Assembly (NCBI RefSeq): GCF_000143415.4
Contig: NW_003314266.1
Location: 518,463 to 582,462 of the forward strand
From: Selaginella moellendorffii
Taxonomy: Eukaryota > Plantae > Lycopodiophyta
DNA length: 64,000 nucleotides
Direction of reading: 5' to 3'
This document shows positions 58,567 to 64,000 of this stretch, one piece after another. Position numbers and translations under genes: made by a program. How positions within the stretch are numbered: the first letter of the stretch is position 1; each line of letters begins with the position of its first letter. Below the pieces are notes generated by a model that was not told the origin of the DNA, made no database searches, and saw only the letters and a list, made by a program, of their open reading frames with translations.

Positions 58567-60094
58567 ATGGACTTGGGTGTGGCCTTGTTCCTCCTTAGCG
58601 TCGGCTTGACCACACTGTCACTTCTCATCGGGAGAATTCTATCTTCGCAGCGGCGGCTCCCTCCAGGTCCCTTCTCTTTCCCCATTTTTGGAGCACTCTT
58701 CTCCCTCCAGGAGCCACTCCACCAGCACTTTGCGAAGATCAGCAAGAAGTATGGGCCGATTGTCTTCCTCAAGATCGGAATGGTCCCGTTTGTGGTGGTG
58801 ACCGACAAGGAAATGGCAGCGCAGATTCTTAAGGCCCACGACCTCGAGTTTTCAAGCCGGCCGGACGAAGAGTTCTTTCGGATCGTCAGCCACGACTGGA
58901 ACGATCTTATCCTGGCGCCCATCGGTGATAAGTGGAAGACAATGAGGAGGATTTGTAGCACACACCTGTTTAACAACAGTACGCTAAAGGCTAGCGCAGG
59001 ATTCCGGGAGTCGGAGATGAAGCATGCAGTCAAGGCCATTTTCCAGCAATCCGGGACAACGATCAAGCTGCAAGAGGTTTTGAGCAATCTCATGTCAAAT
59101 TCACTATGCCTGGTTCTTTTTAGCGAGCGGGGGGTGGAAGTGGTGGATGTCATCCAGAACATAGTCAGTCTATGCTTGAACTTGAACATTGGAACCCTGC
59201 TTCCGGCACTCGACTGGCTGGATCTTCATGGAGTCTACAAGAAGCTCAACACGGAGCTCGTGCCTCGCCTGAAGCTCCTGCTGGAAGATCAAATCGACAA
59301 GCATCGACGCAGGAAAGATGAAGCTGGGGATACATTCGTCCCTCAGGACTTCACAGACGTTCTTATATCTCTCGAGGACAAGGATAAGCTGCCAAACATC
59401 TCCATCTTGGCACTGCTCTCGGTAAGCATCTAGATCGTGGTCGTGTGATCACTGAAAAACTCTAGTTTTGCGTCAGGACATGGTTATGGCAGGGTTGGAA
59501 ACTTCACTAGTGACGCTTGAGTGGACGATGGCGGAGCTCATAAACCATCCCCATGTCATGTCCAAGGCTCAAGAGGAGATCGACAGCGTTGTAGGAACAG
59601 CTCGCACGGTGCAAGAGTCCGATCTTCCAAACCTTCCATACATCGAAGCCATTGTCAAGGAATCACTGCGTCTCCACCCTGCGGCCCCACTGGGAGTTCC
59701 TCACATGAATCCCAAGCCTGTCAAGCTGGGAGGCTACACCATCCCTGGCGGCTGCAAGGTTCTCGTCAACATATGGGCCATTGGACGTGATCCCGCTCGC
59801 TGGTCTGACCCAGAAGCGTTCCAGCCGGAGCGCTTTCTCGGCTCCTCCATCTCTCCCAACGGGCAGAACTTTGACTTCCTTCCATTTTCATCGGGGAGGA
59901 GAGTTTGTGTTGGCTATCCACTCGCGATGAGATCGATCCCGTTTTTCGTGGCCAGTTTGCTCCAGGCATTCAATTGGAGTCCTGCTAACCCGGGCGGGAT
60001 CGACATGGAAGAATGCACGAGAAGTATAACAATGAAGCTGAATGCTGACTTGCTTGTAAACGCGTCCATCAGGGTCGATCAAAATATAATATAA
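58567..60094 (+). CDS. Cytochrome P450, CYP71 clan, copy 2 (exons 58567-59421, 59477-60094)
   Basis: All motifs intact. Confidence 0.95.
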
Positions 60095-60293
60095 AGCTTT
60101 CGTTGTCAAGCTATAGCGTTGGAGAGGTGATCGTGTAGATGTTTCAGATAACAATATAAATACAAATACTAAGTCCAATGCTCGATGTTAATAGCAACAG
60201 CTAGTACATTAGGCAATCCTGAACAGAGTAGATGTATATGTAGTGAAACTGTTAAAGCTCTAGGGGCCTCCTACAAGCCTCGATGGGCATCCA

Positions 60294-60750
60294 AAAGTCG
60301 CAGCAGCCGACGGAACGGTGATGCGGTTGTTTACATTGAAAGTCGTTGGTTTTCTCACGCTGATTTTCTTCCAGGCGAATTAGTTCTCCCGAACCGCAAT
60401 ACCAGTGAGTTTAGAGCACTTCAAGTATGAAGTCTTCACGATTGTACCAGGCAAGGTCAGCATTTTCACCAAGATCTCCAGGAAATTTTAGTTAAAACTC
60501 TTCATTTGCTCGTGGAAGACTTGGTGTTTGCTCCAGCTTTGTGGATTCTGCGAGTGCGTAATCCAGGGACGTGATCAGGAGTCAAATATGTGATTGATGG
60601 AAGTGGGGACGTAGTGACTGTGAAAATCACAGTCCGTGGCTGTGGTGTGTTTGGAGATTACTCCTCCAAGCGGCCAAAATCAGTGACATTGGAATCGTCT
60701 GGAAACCTGGACTTTTTCTCTGATTCCAACACTGGATTCGTCATATTGCT
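60294..60750 (+). pseudogene. SIP 3' fragment, copy 3
   Basis: [21 protein letters not shown] in frame; shares the inversion with copy 2. Confidence 0.88.
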
Positions 60751-60786
60751 ACTATCTACAGGAAAGCGAATATTATTTTAGGGCTC

Positions 60787-61358
60787 ATGCGAGCGTCCGA
60801 TCGCCAAGAACAGCACGATCTAGCCGCCGAGAAGAGCATCGTAGGTCTTTCTAGGCAGTGAAGTCGTGTAGCAGCGCCAGGGATCCCCAGGGATCCCCGC
60901 TGTTGCCAATGGCCTTGTCTCGAGGTCAGTATCCTTGCGAAATGCGGCAGCGTGGCGGATTCTCGCGCCACGACGTGTTGTCCTGGAATTCCCTGGTCCT
61001 GGGGTACGCTGAGAATGGCGAGCCGGAAGCAGCAATGGAACTCTTCGATCGCATGAGGAGAGAGGGTTTCACGGTTGACAATCGGACCTATGTTGCGGCC
61101 CTCATGGCGTGCATTGCTCTGGGCGCACAGGAAGAGATGAAGCGGCAGCACGGGAAGCAAGCTCTGGAAAGAATGGTGGTTCTAGAGAAGGGTCGAGAGA
61201 TCCATACTCAAGCTTTCAGCGCTGGCTATAGATCCAATATCTACGTTGCAAACACGCTCATCAACACGTACTCGAAGCTTGGGTGCCTTGCGGAGGCTCG
61301 AGAGGTGTTCGACCGGATTGAAACATCTTTGGAAGCTCGATCTCGTCAGCGACAAATC
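60787..61358 (+). pseudogene. PPR copy 3 with large internal deletion
   Basis: Jumps from FDRI (equivalent to ~52460) to the 3' end (equivalent to ~53918) at an aaa microhomology. Confidence 0.88.
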
Positions 61359-61767
61359 TTGGGGCCACGTGATCATGCAACCTGGTGTTTTATCCTGGAA
61401 TCACGATTCTGTTTGCATTCATTGGAAGGCCAGTTCTCTGCCATCACCCATATCTCTATAATATGGTGATGGCAGAGTGGGTGACACCAGGCACATTGAA
61501 AGTGGAGCCAGCAGAAGACATAAGCCGCAGCCCAAGCTGCTTATTTAAATCCCGGGGTACCATGTAAAATGTGCTCTTAGGACCTATAAAATGATTTGAT
61601 TATAGGGGCCAACATATGCAAGGGCATCAATTTTTGCCATGCAAGACAGTATCACTTCACTTTTCCATGCACGCTGATGTTTTATATCTTCTGGAATCAG
61701 GAACACGAGAATCACGATGCTGTTTGCTATATATGGCGATGGCATGTAGATGCAGACCAGTGAATCG

Positions 61768-63330
61768 ATGGACTCGGTTGTGGCTTTGTTCGTCCTCGCC
61801 ATCGGCTTGATCACCCTGTCACTTCTCATCGGGAGAGTCGGGAGAGTCGGGAGAGTTCAATCGTTGCAGCAGCGGCTCCCTCCAGGTCCATTCTCTTTCC
61901 CCATTTTTGGAGCGCTCTTCTCCCTTAAGGAGCCACTTCATCACCACTTTGCGTTGATCAGCAAAAAGTATGGGCCGATTGTCTTCCTCAAGATCGGAAT
62001 GGCCCCGTTCGTGGTGGTGAACGACAACGAAATGGCAGCACAGGTTCTTAAGGTCCACGACCTCGAGTTTGTAAGCCGGCCGGACGACGAGTACTTCCGA
62101 ATCGTCAGCCAGGATTGGAACGATCTCGTCTTGGCGCCCATCGGTGATAAGTGGAGGACTATGAGGAGGATTTGCAGCACACACCTGTTTAGCAACAATA
62201 TGCTCAAGGCAAGCGCAGGATTCCGGGAGTCGGAGATGAAGCATACAGTCAAGTCCATTCTCCAGCAATCTGGGACAACGATCAAGCTGCATGAGGTTTT
62301 GAGCAAGCTCTTGTCAAATTCGCTATGCCTGGTGCTTTTTAGCGAGCGGGGGCTGAAAGTGGTGGATCTCATCCAAAACATAGCTGCTCTAAGCTTGAAC
62401 GTGAACATCGGAACCCTGCTTCCGGCACTTGACGGGCTGGATCTTCATGGTGTCTACAAGAAGCTCAACACGGAGCTCGTACCTCGCCTTAAGCTCTTGC
62501 TGGAAGATCAAATTGACAAACACCGGCGCAAGAAAGATGAAGCTGGGGACAGGTTCGTCCCTCAAGACTTCACCGACGTTCTTATATCTCTGGAGGACAA
62601 AGATAAGTTGCCAGACATCTCCATTTTGGCACTACTCTGGGTACGAAGTTTTACCAGCATCTAGTTAGATCTTGGTCGTGATCTCTTAAAGCTCTCTTTT
62701 TTATTGCGACAGGACATGGTTGTTGCGGGGCTAGAAACTTCACTAGCGACGCTCGAGTGGACGATGGCGGAGCTCATAAACCATCCCCGAGTCATGTCCA
62801 AGGCTCAAGAGGAGATTGACAGCGTTGTAGGGAGAGCTCGCGCGCTGCAAGAATCAGATCTTCCAAGCCTTCCATACATCGAAGCCATTGTCAAGGAATC
62901 ACTGCGTCTCCACCCGGCGGCCCCATTGGGAATTCCTCACATTAATCCCAATCCCGTCAAGCTGGGCGGCTACACCATCCCTGGCGGCTGCAAGGTTCTC
63001 GTCAACATATGGGCCATTGGACGCGATCCCGCTCGCTGGTCCAACCCACTAGCGTTCCAGCCGGAACGCTTTCTCGGCTCCTCCATATCTGTGAACGGGC
63101 AGAACTTTGATTTTCTTCCATTTTCATCTGGGAGGAGAGTTTGTCCTGGCTATCCACTGGCCATGAGATCGATCCTGTTTTTCGTGGCCAGTTTGCTCCA
63201 GGCATTTGATTGGAATGCTGCTAACCCGGCTGGGATCGACATGGAAGAGCGTACTAGAAGTATGACAACAAAGCTCAAGGCTGACTTGCTTGTAAATGCG
63301 TCCATCAGGGTCGATCAAAATATAATATAA
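61768..63330 (+). CDS. Cytochrome P450, CYP71 clan, copy 3 (exons 61768-62640, 62713-63330)
   Basis: Intact motifs (FSSGRRVCPG); (GRV)3 from a 9-nt triple repeat; an in-frame upstream ATG at 61750 is also possible. Confidence 0.95.
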
Positions 63331-64000
63331 GCATTGAAGACCGCCTTGGCGCCTATTAACTATGCGAGATGGAACGGATGACGGGAGACCAAGACCAAGA
63401 TGGCGAAGACCATGAGTGATGAGGGTAGGTCCCATTTTCCTCAGTCGTGCACAGGCCTTTATATTTATCTGACCATGTAATAAAACAGGACATGTGATAA
63501 AACTGTTGCGCTGAGCGTGATCGTTTAGACTGAGGTTATGAACTTCTCGCTTCAAAACTTGAATGTTGTTGACAGAGCCTTTACTTGGCTCACTGTTATC
63601 TTGATCTTCAAGAGTTTGAGTTTGTTCAGCCGACAACAATACTGGACTGGTCCTTTCGTTGATGTGGAGTGCTGAATTTTGAATTTTTTTCATAGAGCAA
63701 TGCAAGCTCCTCGTTTCTTCGCATGAGTTGTTTCAGTGAAAACAGAAACGCGCGTTTGCCAGTTCTCTATAATATGGCTATAATCACAGACCTTCACATG
63801 CCCAACATATGCAAGGGTTGCTCTATGAAAAAAATTCAAGCAGATCGAAAGGACCAGTCCAGTATCAAAAAAATTATCATTTAAATTGCCTTTCACAACA
63901 TTGTACTTTTAAATCTTTACCACTAGGTGACCCTTATATTGTTGAATGTTATGTCTAAGCTCTAAAGTGGCAACAAGCTATTCATCATCAGGTTTAGACC

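Noticed and set aside
53983-62408. Minus-strand ORFs of 150-257 aa over P450 exon 1
   Set aside because: Shadows; recurrence reflects the duplication.
1-64000. Prokaryotic systems (CRISPR, operons, rRNA)
   Set aside because: Spliceosomal introns and plant gene families throughout; no repeat-spacer arrays or rRNA seen.

Overview
Gene-dense eukaryotic land-plant DNA with very short (about 41-70 nt) GT-AG introns. The compactness and PPR style suggest the lycophyte Selaginella, which is an inference. 1-9.4 kb is decayed: a synaptotagmin pseudogene split by a Merlin/IS1016-type transposon with an open transposase, a ubiquitin-like pseudogene and unassigned remnants. 10-21 kb holds single-copy genes: a HAD phosphatase, a SWEET and an ERD6-like transporter head-to-head, a CrRLK1L kinase and a DUF1635 gene. 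20.9-46.7 kb is a tandem duplication carrying a candidate specialised-metabolism module (2OG-Fe(II) dioxygenase, a strongly diverged AUX1/LAX-family transporter head-to-head with an O-methyltransferase), a PORR gene and CRINKLY4-like kinase copies. Unit 1 alone carries a 3.1-kb segment with a secreted 10-Cys KP4-killer-toxin-like gene. 48.7-64 kb has a GH36 SIP gene with a last-exon frameshift, followed by a triplicated SIP-fragment/PPR/CYP71-clan P450 block whose three P450s differ at predicted substrate-recognition sites. The most interesting items are the putative defence/biosynthetic cluster with a repurposed AUX1/LAX transporter, the KP4-like gene and the Merlin element. All family assignments are by motif recognition; no searches were run.
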